This document shows positions 42,612 through 56,900 of a stretch of 64,000 nt of DNA, one piece after another. The notes beneath the pieces are model-generated. The model saw nothing but the letters and a program-made list of their open reading frames with translations. It had not been told where the DNA came from and did not search any database. The position numbers and the translations under genes are program-made. This stretch comes from Paragordius varius (taxonomy: Eukaryota; Animalia; Nematomorpha). Location of the stretch: the NCBI GenBank assembly GCA_964247055.1, contig OZ176052.1, positions 13,516,001-13,580,000 on the forward strand, written 5' to 3'. The number at the start of each line of letters is the position of its first letter. Positions within the stretch are counted from its first letter, which is position 1.

Positions 42612-45600
42612 ATTTTTATTTTTAAAATCGTATAAAATAAATTTTTTAAATATTTAAAAAATTCATAAAAATTACATTTATAGTCCGATCCCCAAAATAT
42701 TTGGGGTGATGATGGAACTACCATAGGGCTACCCAAAAAAATTATAGTGACATCACCTGATCAAATTTGGATTTTAGGTAGCCATTTTCATTTTTAAAAT
42801 CGTATAAAATAAATTTTTTAAATATTTAAAAAATTCATAAAAATTACATTTATATTCCGATCCCCAAAATATTTGGGGTGATGATGGATCTACCATAGGG
42901 CTACCCAAAAAAATTATAGTGACATCACCTGATCAAATTTGGATTTTAGGTAGCCATTTTTATTTTCAAAATCGTATAAAATAAATTTTTTAAATATTTA
43001 AAAAATTCAAAAAAATTACATTTATACTCCGATCTCGACAATATTTGGGGTGATGATGGAACTACCATAGAGCTAAGCAAAAAAAATTATGGCGACATCA
43101 CCTGATCAAATTTGGATTTTAGGTAGCCATTTTTATTTTTAAAATCGTATAAAATAAATTTTTTAAATATTTAAAAAATTCATAAAAATTACATTTATAC
43201 TCCGATCTCGAAAATATTTGGGGTGATGATGGAACTACCATAGGGCTACCCAAAAAAAATTATGGTGACATGAATTGATCAAATTTGGATTTTAGGTAGC
43301 CATTTTTATTTTTAAAATCGTATAAAATAAATTTTTTAAATATTTAAAAAATTCATAAAAATTACATTTATACTCCGATCTCGAAAATATTTGGGGTGAT
43401 GATGGAACTACCATAGGGCTACCCAAAAAAAATTATGGTGACATCACCTGATCAAATTTGGATTTGCCATTTATATTTTTAAAATCGTATAAAATAAATT
43501 TTTTAAATATTTTATAAATTCAAAAAAATTACATTTAAAGTCCGATCTCAAAAATATTTGGGGTTATGATGGAACTACCATAGGGCTACCCAAAAAAAAT
43601 TATGGCGACATCACCTGATCAAATTTGGATTTTAGGTAGCCATTTTTATTTTTAAAATGGTATAAAATAAATTTTTTAAATATTTTAAAAATTCAAAAAA
43701 ATTACATTTAAAGTCCGATCTCAAAAATATTTGGGGTTATGATGGAACTACCATAGGGCTACCCAAAAAAAATTATGGTGACATCACCTGATCAAATTTG
43801 GATTTTAGGTAGCCATTTTTATTTTTAAAATCGTATAAAATAAATTTTTTAAATATTTAAAAAATTCATAAAAATTACATTTATACTCCGATCTCGAAAA
43901 TATTTGGGGTGATGATGGAAATACCATAGGGCTACCCAAAAAAAATTATGGTGACATCACCTGATCAAATTTGGATTTGAGGTAGCCATTTTTATTTTTA
44001 AAATCGTATAAATCAAATTTTTTAAATATTTTAAAAATTCAAAAAAATTACATTTAAAATCCGATCTCAAAAATATTTGGGGTTATGATGGAACTACCTT
44101 AGGGCTACCCAAAAAAAATTATGGCGACATCACCTGATCAAATTTGGATTTTAGGTAGCCATTTTTATTTTTAAAATCGTATAAAATAAATTTTTTAAAT
44201 ATTTAAAAAATTCATAAAAATTACATTTATAGTCCGATCCCCAAAATATTTGGGGTGATGATGGAACTACCATAGGGCTACCCAAAAAAAATTATGGTGA
44301 CATCACCTGATCAAATTTGGATTTTAGGTAGCCATTTTTATTTTTAAAATCGTATAAAATAAATTTTTTAAATATTTAAAAAATTCATAAAAATTACATT
44401 TATATTCCGATCCCCAAAATATTTGGGGTGATGATGGATCTACCATAGGGCTACCCAAAAAAAATTATGGTGACATCACCTGATCAAATTTGGATTTTAG
44501 GTAGCCATTTTTATTTTTAAAATCGTATAAAATAAATTTTTTAAATATTTAAAAAATTCATAAAAATTACATTTATACTCCGATCTCGAAAATATTTGGG
44601 GTGATGATGGAACTACCATAGGGCTACCCAAAAAAAATTATGGTGACATCACCTGATCAAATTTGGATTTTAGGTAGCCATTTATATTTTTAAAATCGTA
44701 TAAAATAAATTTTTTAAATATTTAAAAAATTCATAAAAATTACATTTATACTCCGATCTCGAAAATATTTGGGGTGATGATGGAACTACCATAGGGCTAC
44801 CCAAAAAAAATTATAGTGACATCACCTGATCAAATTTGGATTTTAGGTAGCCATTTTTATTTTTAAAATCGTATAAAATAAATTTTTTAAATATTTAAAA
44901 AATTCATAAAAATTACATTTATACTCCGATCTCGAAAATATTTGGGGTGATGATGGAACTACCATAGGGCTACCCAAAAAAAATTATGGTGACATCACCT
45001 GATCAAATTTGGATTTTAGGTAGCCATTTATATTTTTAAAATCGTATAAAATAAATTTTTTAAATATTTAAAAAATTCAAAAAAATTACATTTATAGTCC
45101 GATCCCCAAAATATTTGGGGTGATGATGGAACTACCATAGGGCTACCCAAAAAAAATTATGGTGACATCACCTGATCAAATTTGGATTTTAGGTAGCCAT
45201 TTTTATTTTTAAAATCGTATAAAATAAATTTTTTAAATATTTAAAAAATTCATAAAAATTACATTTATATTCCGATCCCCAAAATATTTGGGGTGATGAT
45301 GGATCTACCATAGGGCTACCCAAAAAAATTATAGTGACATCACCTGATCAAATTTGGATTTTAGGTAGCCATTTTTATTTTTAAAATCGTATAAAATAAA
45401 TTTTTTAAATATTTAAAAAATTCAAAAAAATTACATTTATACTCCGATCTCGACAATATTTGGGGTGATGATGGAACTACCATAGAGCTACGCAAAAAAA
45501 ATTATGGCGACATCACCTGATCAAATTTGGATTTTAGGTAGCCATTTTTATTTTTAAAATCGTATAAAATAAATTTTTTAAATATTTAAAAAATTCATAA

Positions 45601-48600
45601 AAATTACATTTATACTCCGATCTCGAAAATATTTGGGGTGATGATGGAACTACCATAGGGCTACCCAAAAAAAATTATGGTGACATGACCTGATCAAATT
45701 TGGATTTTAGGTAGCCATTTTTATTTTTAAAATCGTATAAAATAAATTTTTTAAATATTTAAAAAATTCATAAAAATTACATTTATACTCCGATCTCGAA
45801 AATATTTGGGGTGATGATGGAACTACCATAGGGCTACCCAAAAAAAATTATGGTGACATCACCTGATCAAATTTGGATTTTAGGTAGCCATTTTTATTTT
45901 TAAAATCGTATAAAATAAATTTTTTAAATATTTAAAAAATTCATAAAAATTACATTTATAATCCGATCTCGAAAATATTTGGGGTGATGATGGAACTACC
46001 ATAGGGCTACCCAAAAAAAATTATGGTGACATCACCTGATCAAATTTGGATTTGCCATTTATATTTTTAAAATCGTATAAAATAAATTTTTTAAATATTT
46101 TATAAATTCAAAAAAATTACATTTAAAGTCCGATCTCAAAAATATTTGGGGTTATGATGGAACTACCATAGGGCTACCCAAAAAAAATTATGGCGACATG
46201 ACCTGATCAAATTTGGATTTTAGGTAGCCACTTTTATTTTTAAAATCGTATAAAATAAATTTTTTAAATATTTAAAAAATTCATAAAAATTACATTTATA
46301 GTCCGATCCCCAAAATATTTGGGGTGATGATGGAACTACCATAGGGCTACCCAAAAAAATTATAGTGACATCACCTGATCAAATTTGGATTTTAGGTAGC
46401 CATTTTTATTTTTAAAATCGTATAAAATAAATTTTTTAAATATTTAAAAAATTCATAAAAATTACATTTATATTCCGATCCCCAAAATATTTGGGGTGAT
46501 GATGGATCTACCATAGGGCTACCCAAAAAAATTATAGTGACATCACCTGATCAAATTTGGATTTTAGGTAGCCATTTTTATTTTCAAAATCGTATAAAAT
46601 AAATTTTTTAAATATTTAAAAAATTCAAAAAAATTACATTTATACTCCGATCTCGACAATATTTGGGGTGATGATGGAACTACCATAGAGCTAAGCAAAA
46701 AAAATTATGGCGACATCACCTGATCAAATTTGGATTTTAGGTAGCCATTTTTATTTTTAAAATCGTATAAAATAAATTTTTTAAATATTTAAAAAATTCA
46801 TAAAAATTACATTTATACTCCGATCTCGAAAATATTTGGGGTGATGATGGAACTACCATAGGGCTACCCAAAAAAAATTATGGCGACATCACCTGATCAA
46901 ATTTGGATTTTAGGTAGCCATTTTTATTTTTAAAATCGTATAAAATAAATTTTTTAAATATTTAAAAAATTCAAAAAAATTACATTTATAGTCCGATCCC
47001 CAAAATATTTGGGGTGATGATGGAACTACCATAGGGCTACCCAAAAAAAATTATGGTGACATCACCTGATCAAATTTGGATTTGCCATTTATATTTTTAA
47101 AATCGTATAAAATAAATTTTTTAAATATTTTATAAATTCAAAAAAATTACATTTAAAGTCCGATCTCAAAAATATTTGGGGTTATGATGGAACTACCATA
47201 GGGCTACCCAAAAAAAATTATGGCGACATCACCTGATCAAATTTGGATTTTAGGTAGCCATTTTTATTTTTAAAATGGTATAAAATAAATTTTTTAAATA
47301 TTTTAAAAATTCAAAAAAATTACATTTAAAGTCCGATCTCAAAAATATTTGGGGTTATGATGGAACTACCATAGGGCTACCCAAAAAAAATTATGGTGAC
47401 ATCACCTGATCAAATTTGGATTTTAGGTAGCCATTTTTATTTTTAAAATCGTATAAAATAAATTTTTTAAATATTTAAAAAATTAATAAAAATTACATTT
47501 ATACTCCGATCTCGAAAATATTTGGGGTGATGATGGAACTACCATAGGGCTACACAAAAAAAATTATGGTGACATCACCTGATCAAATTTGGATTTGAGG
47601 TAGCCATTTTTATTTTTAAAATCGTATAAATCAAATTTTTTAAATATTTTAAAAATTCAAAAAAATTACATTTAAAGTCCGATCTCAAAAATATTTGGGG
47701 TTATGATGGAACTACCTTAGGGCTACCCAAAAAAAATTATGGCGACATCACCTGATCAAATTTGGATTTTAGGTAGCCATTTTTATTTTTAAAATCGTAT
47801 AAAATAAATTTTTTAAATATTTAAAAAATTCATAAAAATTACATTTATAGTCCGATCCCCAAAATATTTGGGGTGATGATGGAACTACCATAGGGCTACC
47901 CAAAAAAAATTATGGTGACATCACCTGATCAAATTTGGATTTTAGGTAGCCATTTTTATTTTTAAAATCGTATAAAATAAATTTTTTAAATATTTAAAAA
48001 ATTCATAAAAATTACATTTATAATCCGATCCCCAAAATATTTGGGGTGATGATGGATCTACCATAGGGCTACCCAAAAAAAATTATGGTGACATCACCTG
48101 ATCAAATTTGGATTTTAGGTAGCCATTTTTATTTTTAAAATCGTATAAAATAAATTTTTTAAATATTTAAAAAATTCATAAAAATTACATTTATACTCCG
48201 ATCTCGAAAATATTTGGGGTGATGATGGAACTACCATAGGGCTACCCAAAAAAAATTATGGTGACATCACCTGATCAAATTTGGATTTTAGGTAGCCATT
48301 TATATTTTTAAAATCGTATAAAATAAATTTTTTAAATATTTAAAAAATTCATAAAAATTACATTTATACTCCGATCTCGGAAATATTTGGGGTGATGATG
48401 GAACTACCATAGGGCTACCCAAAAAAAATTATAGTGACATCACCTGATCAAATTTGGATTTTAGGTAGCCATTTTTATTTTTAAAATCGTATAAAATAAA
48501 TTTTTTAAATATTTAAAAAATTCATAAAAATTACATTTATACTCCGATCTCGAAAATATTTGGGGTGATGATGGAACTACCATAGGGCTACCCAAAAAAA

Positions 48601-49847
48601 ATTATGGTGACATCACCTGATCAAATTTGGATTTTAGGTAGCCATTTATATTTTTAAAATCGTATAAAATAAATTTTTTAAATATTTAAAAAATTCAAAA
48701 AAATTACATTTATAGTCCGATCCCCAAAATATTTGGGGTGATGATGGAACTACCATAGGGCTACCCAAAAAAAATTATGGTGACATCACCTGATCAAATT
48801 TGGATTTTAGGTAGCCATTTTTATTTTTAAAATCGTATAAAATAAATTTTTTAAATATTTAAAAAATTCATAAAAATTACATTTATATTCCGATCCCCAA
48901 AATATTTGGGGTGATGATGGATCTACCATAGGGCTACCCAAAAAAATTATAGTGACATCACCTGATCAAATTTGGATTTTAGGTAGCCATTTTTATTTTT
49001 AAAATCGTATAAAATAAATTTTTTAAATATTTAAAAAATTCAAAAAAATTACATTTATACTCCGATCTCGACAATATTTGGGGTGATGATGGAACTACCA
49101 TAGAGCTACGCAAAAAAAATTATGGCGACATCACCTGATCAAATTTGGATTTTAGGTAGCCATTTTTATTTTTAAAATCGTATAAAATAAATTTTTTAAA
49201 TATTTAAAAAATTCATAAAAATTACATTTATACTCCGATCTCGAAAATATTTGGGGTGATGATGGAACTACCATAGGGCTACCCAAAAAAAATTATGGTG
49301 ACATGACCTGATCAAATTTGGATTTTAGGTAGCCATTTTTATTTTTAAAATCGTATAAAATAAATTTTTTAAATATTTAAAAAATTCATAAAAATTACAT
49401 TTATACTCCGATCTCGAAAATATTTGGGGTGATGATGGAACTACCATAGGGCTACCCAAAAAAAATTATGGTGACATCACCTGATCAAATTTGGATTTTA
49501 GGTAGCCATTTTTATTTTTAAAATCGTATAAAATAAATTTTTTAAATATTTAAAAAATTCATAAAAATTACATTTATAATCCGATCTCGAAAATATTTGG
49601 GGTGATGATGGAACTACCATAGGGCTACCCAAAAAAAATTATGGTGACATCACCTGATCAAATTTGGATTTGCCATTTATATTTTTAAAATCGTATAAAA
49701 TAAATTTTTTAAATATTTTATAAATTCAAAAAAATTACATTTAAAGTCCGATCTCAAAAATATTTGGGGTTATGATGGAACTACCATAGGGCTACCCAAA
49801 AAAAATTATGGCGACATCACCTGATCAAATTTGGATTTTAGGTAGCC
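42612..49847. repeat. 21-monomer HOR, two tandem copies of 3618 bp (42612-46229 and 46230-49847)
   Basis: Markers are offset by exactly 3618 bp: TTTTCAAAAT with AGAGCTAAGC (42967/46585) and the GGATTTGCC deletions (43462/47080 and 46050/49668). Monomers 4-5 of the unit differ between copies; most others match. Confidence 0.88.
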
Positions 49848-52800
49848 ATTTTTATTTTTAAAATCGTATAAAATAAATTTTTTAAATATTTAAAAAATTC
49901 ATAAAAATTACATTTATATTCCGATCCCCAAAATATTTGGGGTGATGATGGATCTACCATAGGGCTACCCAAAAAAAATTATGGTGACATCACCTGATCA
50001 AATTTGGATTTTAGGTAGCCATTTTTATTTTTAAAATCGTATAAAATAAATTTTTTAAATATTTAAAAAATTCATAAAAATTACATTTATACTCCGATCT
50101 CGAAAATATTTGGGGTGATGATGGAACTACCATAGGGCTACCCAAAAAAAATTATGGTGACATCACCTGATCAAATTTGGATTTTAGGTAGCCATTTATA
50201 TTTTTAAAATCGTATAAAATAAATTTTTTAAATATTTAAAAAATTCATAAAAATTACATTTATACTCCGATCTCGAAAATATTTGGGGTGATGATGGAAC
50301 TACCATAGGGCTACCCAAAAAAAATTATAGTGACATCACCTGATCAAATTTGGATTTTAGGTAGCCATTTTTATTTTTAAAATCGTATAAAATAAATTTT
50401 TTAAATATTTAAAAAATTCATAAAAATTACATTTATACTCCGATCTCGAAAATATTTGGGGTGATGATGGAACTACCATAGGGCTACCCAAAAAAAATTA
50501 TGGTGACATCACCTGATCAAATTTGGATTTTAGGTAGCCATTTATATTTTTAAAATCGTATAAAATAAATTTTTTAAATATTTAAAAAATTCAAAAAAAT
50601 TACATTTAAAGTCCGATCTCAAAAATATTTGGGGTTATGATGGAACTACCATAGGGCTACCCAAAAAAAATTATGGCGACATCACCTGATCAAATTTGGA
50701 TTTTAGGTAGCCATTTTTATTTTTAAAATCGTATAAAATAAATTTTTTAAATATTTAAAAAATTCAAAAAAATTACATTTATAGTCCGATCCCCAAAATA
50801 TTTGGGGTGATGATGGAACTACCATAGGGCTACCCAAAAAAAATTATGGTGACATCACCTGATCAAATTTGGATTTTAGGTAGCCATTTTTATTTTTAAA
50901 ATCGTATAAAATAAATTTTTTAAATATTTAAAAAATTCATAAAAATTACATTTATATTCCGATCCCCAAAATATTTAGGGTGATGATGGATCTACCATAG
51001 GGCTACCCAAAAAAATTATAGTGACATCACCTGATCAAATTTGGATTTTAGGTAGCCATTTTTATTTTTAAAATCGTATAAAATAAATTTTTTAAATATT
51101 TAAAAAATTCAAAAAAATTACATTTATACTCCGATCTCGACAATATTTGGGGTGATGATGGAACTACCATAGAGCTACGCAAAAAAAATTATGGCGACAT
51201 CACCTGATCAAATTTGGATTTTAGGTAGCCATTTTTATTTTTAAAATCGTATAAAATAAATTTTTTAAATATTTAAAAAATTCATAAAAATTACATTTAT
51301 ACTCCGATCTCGAAAATATTTGGGGTGATGATGGAACTACCATAGGGCTACCCAAAAAAAATTATGGTGACATGACCTGATCAAATTTGGATTTTAGGTA
51401 GCCATTTTTATTTTTAAAATCGTATAAAATAAATTTTTTAAATATTTAAAAAATTCATAAAAATTACATTTATACTCCGATCTCGAAAATATTTGGGGTG
51501 ATGATGGAACTACCATAGGGCTACCCAAAAAAAATTATGGTGACATCACCTGATCAAATTTGGATTTTAGGTAGCCATTTTTATTTTTAAAATCGTATAA
51601 AATAAATTTTTTAAATATTTAAAAAATTCATAAAAATTACATTTATAATCCGATCTCGAAAATATTTGGGGTGATGATGGAACTACCATAGGGCTACCCA
51701 AAAAAAATTATGGTGACATCACCTGATCAAATTTGGATTTGCCATTTATATTTTTAAAATCGTATAAAATAAATTTTTTAAATATTTTATAAATTCAAAA
51801 AAATTACATTTAAAGTCCGATCTCAAAAATATTTGGGGTTATGATGGAACTACCATAGGGCTACCCAAAAAAAATTATGGCGACATCACCTGATCAAATT
51901 TGGATTTTAGGTAGCCATTTTTATTTTTAAAATGGTATAAAATAAATTTTTTAAATATTTTAAAAATTCAAAAAAATTACATTTAAAGTCCGATCTCAAA
52001 AATATTTGGGGTTATGATGGAACTACCATAGGGCTACCCAAAAAAAATTATGGTGACATCACCTGATCAAATTTGGATTTTAGGTAGCCATTTTTATTTT
52101 TAAAATCGTATAAAATAAATTTTTTAAATATTTAAAAAATTCATAAAAATTACATTTATACTCCGATCTCGAAAATATTTGGGGTGATGATGGAACTACC
52201 ATAGGGCTACCCAAAAAAAATTATGGTGACATCACCTGATCAAATTTGGATTTGAGGTAGCCATTTTTATTTTTAAAATCGTATAAATCAAATTTTTTAA
52301 ATATTTTAAAAATTCAAAAAAATTACATTTAAAGTCCGATCTCAAAAATATTTGGGGTTATGATGGAACTACCTTAGGGCTACCCAAAAAAAATTATGGC
52401 GACATCACCTGATCAAATTTGGATTTTAGGTAGCCATTTTTATTTTTAAAATCGTATAAAATAAATTTTTTAAATATTTAAAAAATTCATAAAAATTACA
52501 TTTATAGTCCGATCCCCAAAATATTTGGGGTGATGATGGAACTACCATAGGGCTACCCAAAAAAAATTATGGTGACATCACCTGATCAAATTTGGATTTT
52601 AGGTAGCCATTTTTATTTTTAAAATCGTATAAAATAAATTTTTTAAATATTTAAAAAATTCATAAAAATTACATTTATATTCCGATCCCCAAAATATTTG
52701 GGGTGATGATGGATCTACCATAGGGCTACCCAAAAAAAATTATGGTGACATCACCTGATCAAATTTGGATTTTAGGTAGCCATTTTTATTTTTAAAATCG

Positions 52801-53987
52801 TATAAAATAAATTTTTTAAATATTTAAAAAATTCATAAAAATTACATTTATACTCCGATCTCGAAAATATTTGGGGTGATGATGGAACTACCATAGGGCT
52901 ACCCAAAAAAAATTATGGTGACATCACCTGATCAAATTTGGATTTTAGGTAGCTATTTATATTTTTAAAATCGTATAAAATAAATTTTTTAAATATTTAA
53001 AAAATTCAAAAAAATTACATTTAAAGTCCGATCTCAAAAATATTTGGGGTTATGATGGAACTACCATAGGGCTACCCAAAAAAAATTATGGCGACATCAC
53101 CTGATCAAATTTGGATTTTAGGTAGCCATTTTTATTTTTAAAATCGTATAAAATAAATTTTTTAAATATTTAAAAAATTCAAAAAAATTACATTTATACT
53201 CCGATCTCGACAAATTTGGGGTGATGATGGAACTACCATAGGGCTACCCAAAAAAAATATGGTGACATCACCTGATCAAATTTGGATTTTAGGTAGCCAT
53301 TTTTATTTTTAAAATCGTATAAAATAAATTTTTTAAATATTTAAAAAATTCATAAAAATTACATTAATACTCCGATCTCGAAAATATTTGGGGTGATGAT
53401 GGAACTACCATAGGGCTACCTAAAAAAAATTATGGTGACATCACCTGATCAAATTTGGATTTTAGGTAGCCATTTTTATTTTTAAAATCGTATAAAATAA
53501 ATTTTTTAAATATTTAAAAAATTCAAAAAAATTACATTTATACTCCGATCTCGACAATATTTGGGGTGATGATGGAACTACCATAGAGCTACGCAAAAAA
53601 AATTATGGCGACATCACCTGATCAAATTTGGATTTTAGGTAGCCATTTTTATTTTTAAAATCGTATAAAATAAATTTTTTAAATATTTAAAAAATTCATA
53701 AAAATTACATTTATACTCCGATCTCGAAAATATTTGGGGTGATGATGGAACTACCATAGGGCTACCCAAAAAAAATTATGGTGACATGACCTGATCAAAT
53801 TTGGATTTTAGGTAGCCATTTTTATTTTTAAAATCGTATAAAATAAATTTTTTAAATATTTAAAAAATTCATAAAAATTACATTTATACTCCGATCTCGA
53901 AAATATTTGGGGTGATGATGGAACTACCATAGGGCTACCCAAAAAAAATTATGGTGACATCACCTGATCAAATTTGGATTTGTAGCC

Positions 53988-56900
53988 ATTTTTATTTTTA
54001 AAATCGTATAAAATAAATTTTTTAAATATTTAAAAAATTCATAAAAATTATATTTATACTCCGATCTCGAAAATATTTGGGGTGATGATGGAACTACCAT
54101 AGGGCTACCCAAAAAAAATTATGGTGACATCACCTGATCAAATTTGGATTTTAGGTAGCCATTTTTATTTTTAAAATCGTATAAAATAAATTTTTTAAAT
54201 ATTTAAAAACTTCATAAAAATTACATTTATAGTCCGATCCCCAAAATATTTGGGGTGATGATGGAACTACCATAGGGCTACCCAAAAAAAATTATGGCGA
54301 CATCACCTGATCAAATTTGGATTTTAGGTAGCCATTTTTATTTTTAAAATCGTATAAAATAAATTTTTAAATATTTAAAAAATTCATAAAAATTACATTT
54401 ATACTCCGATCTCGACAATATTTGGGGTGATGATGGAACTACCATAGGGCTACCCAAAAAAAAATTATGGTGACATCACCTGATCAAATTTGAATTTTAG
54501 GTAGCGCTTTTTATTTTTAAAATCGTATAAAATAAATTTTTTAAATATTTAAAAAATTCATAAAAATTACATTTATACTCCGATCTCGAAAATATTTGGG
54601 GTGATGATGGAACTACCATAGGGCTACCCAAAAAAAATTATGGTGACATCACCTGATCAAATTTGGATTTTAGGTAGCCATTTTTATTTTTAAAATCGTA
54701 TAAAATAAATTTTTTAAATATTAAAAAAATTCATAAAAATTACATTTATAGTCCGATCCCCAAAGTATTTGGGGTGATGATGGAACTACCATAGGGCTAC
54801 CCAAAAAAAATTATGGTGACATCACCTGATCAAATTTGGATTTTAGGTAGCCATTTTTATTTTTAAAATCGTATAAAATAAATTTTTTAAATATTTAAAA
54901 AATTCATAAAAATTACATTTATACTCCGATCTCGAAAATATTTGGGGTGATGATGGAACTACCATAGGGCTACCCAAAAAAAATATGGTGAGATCACCTG
55001 ATCAAATTTGGATTTTAGGTAGCCATTTTTATTTTTAAAATCGTATAAAATAAATTTTTTAAATATTTAAAAAATTCATAAAAATTACATTTATACTCCG
55101 ATCTCGAAAATATTTGGGGTGATGATGGAACTACCATAGGGCTACCCAAAAAAAATTATGGTGACATCACCTGATCAAATTTGGATTTTAGGTAGCCATT
55201 TTTATTTTTAAAATCGTATAAAATAAATTTTTTAAATATTTAAAAAATTCATAAAAATTACATTTATAGTCCGATCTCGAAAATATTTGGGGTGATGATG
55301 GAACTACCATAGGGCTACCCAAAAAAATTATAGTGACATCACCTGATCAAATTTGGATTTTAGGTAGCCATTTTTATTTTTAAAATCGTATAAAATAATT
55401 TTTTAAATATTTAAAAAATTCATAAAAATTACATTCATAGTCCGATCCCCAAAGTATTTGGGGTGATGATGGAACTACCATAGGGCTACCCAAAAAAATT
55501 ATAGTGACATCACCTGATCAAATTTGGATTTTAGGTAGCCATTTTTATTTTTAAAATCGTATAAAATAAATTTTTTAAATATTTAAAAAATTCATAAAAA
55601 TTACATTTATACTCCGATCTCGACAATATTTGGGGTGATGATAGAACTACCATAGGGCTACCCAAAAAAAAATTATGGTGACATCACCTGATCAAATTTG
55701 AATTTTAGGTAGCGCTTTTTATTTTTAAAATCGTATAAAATAAATTTTTTAAATATTTAAAAAATTCATAAAAATTACATTTATACTCCGATCTCGAAAA
55801 TATTTGGGGTGATGATGGAACTACCATAGGGCTACCCAAAAAAAATTATGGTGACATCACCTGATCAAATTTGGATTTTAGGTAGCCATTTTTATTTTTA
55901 AAATCGTATAAAATAAATTTTTTAAATATTAAAAAAATTCATAAAAATTACATTTATAGTCCGATCCCCAAAGTATTTGGGGTGATGATGGAACTACCAT
56001 AGGGCTACCCAAAAAAATTATGGTGACATCACCTGATCAAATTTGGATTTTAGGTAGCCATTTTTATTTTTAAAATCGTATAAAATAAATTTTTTAAATA
56101 TTTAAAAAATTCATAAAAATTACATTTATACTCCGATCTCGAAAATATTTGGGGTGATGATGGAACTACCATAGGGCTACCCAAAAAAATTATAGTGACA
56201 TCACCTGATCAAATTTGGATTTTAGGTAGCCATTTTTATTTTTAAAATCGTATAAAATAAATTTTTTAAATATTTAAAAAATTCATAAAAATTACATTTA
56301 TACTCCGATCTCGAAAATATTTGGGGTGATGATGGAACTACCATAGGGCTACCCAAAAAAAATTATGGTGACATCACCTGATCAAATTTGGATTTTAGGT
56401 AGCCATTTTTATTTTTAAAATCGTATAAAATAAATTTTTTAAATATTTAAAAAATTCATAAAAATTACATTTATAGTCCGATCTCGAAAATATTTGGGGT
56501 GATGATGGAACTACCATAGGGCTACCCAAAAAAATTATAGTGACATCACCTGATCAAATTTGGATTTTAGGTAGCCATTTTTATTTTTAAAATCGTATAA
56601 AATAAATTTTTTAAATATTTAAAAAATTCATAAAAATTACATTTATACTCCGATCTCGAAAATATTTGGGGTGATGATGGAACTACCATAGGGCTACCCA
56701 AAAAAAATTATGGTGACATCACCTGATCAAATTTGGATTTTAGGTAGCCATTTTTATTTTTAAAATCGTATAAAATAAATTTTTTAAATATTAAAAAAAT
56801 TCATAAAAATTACATTTATAGTCCGATCCCCAAAGTATTGGGGTGATGATGGAACTACCATAGGGCTACCCAAAAAAATTATGGTGACATCACCTGATCA

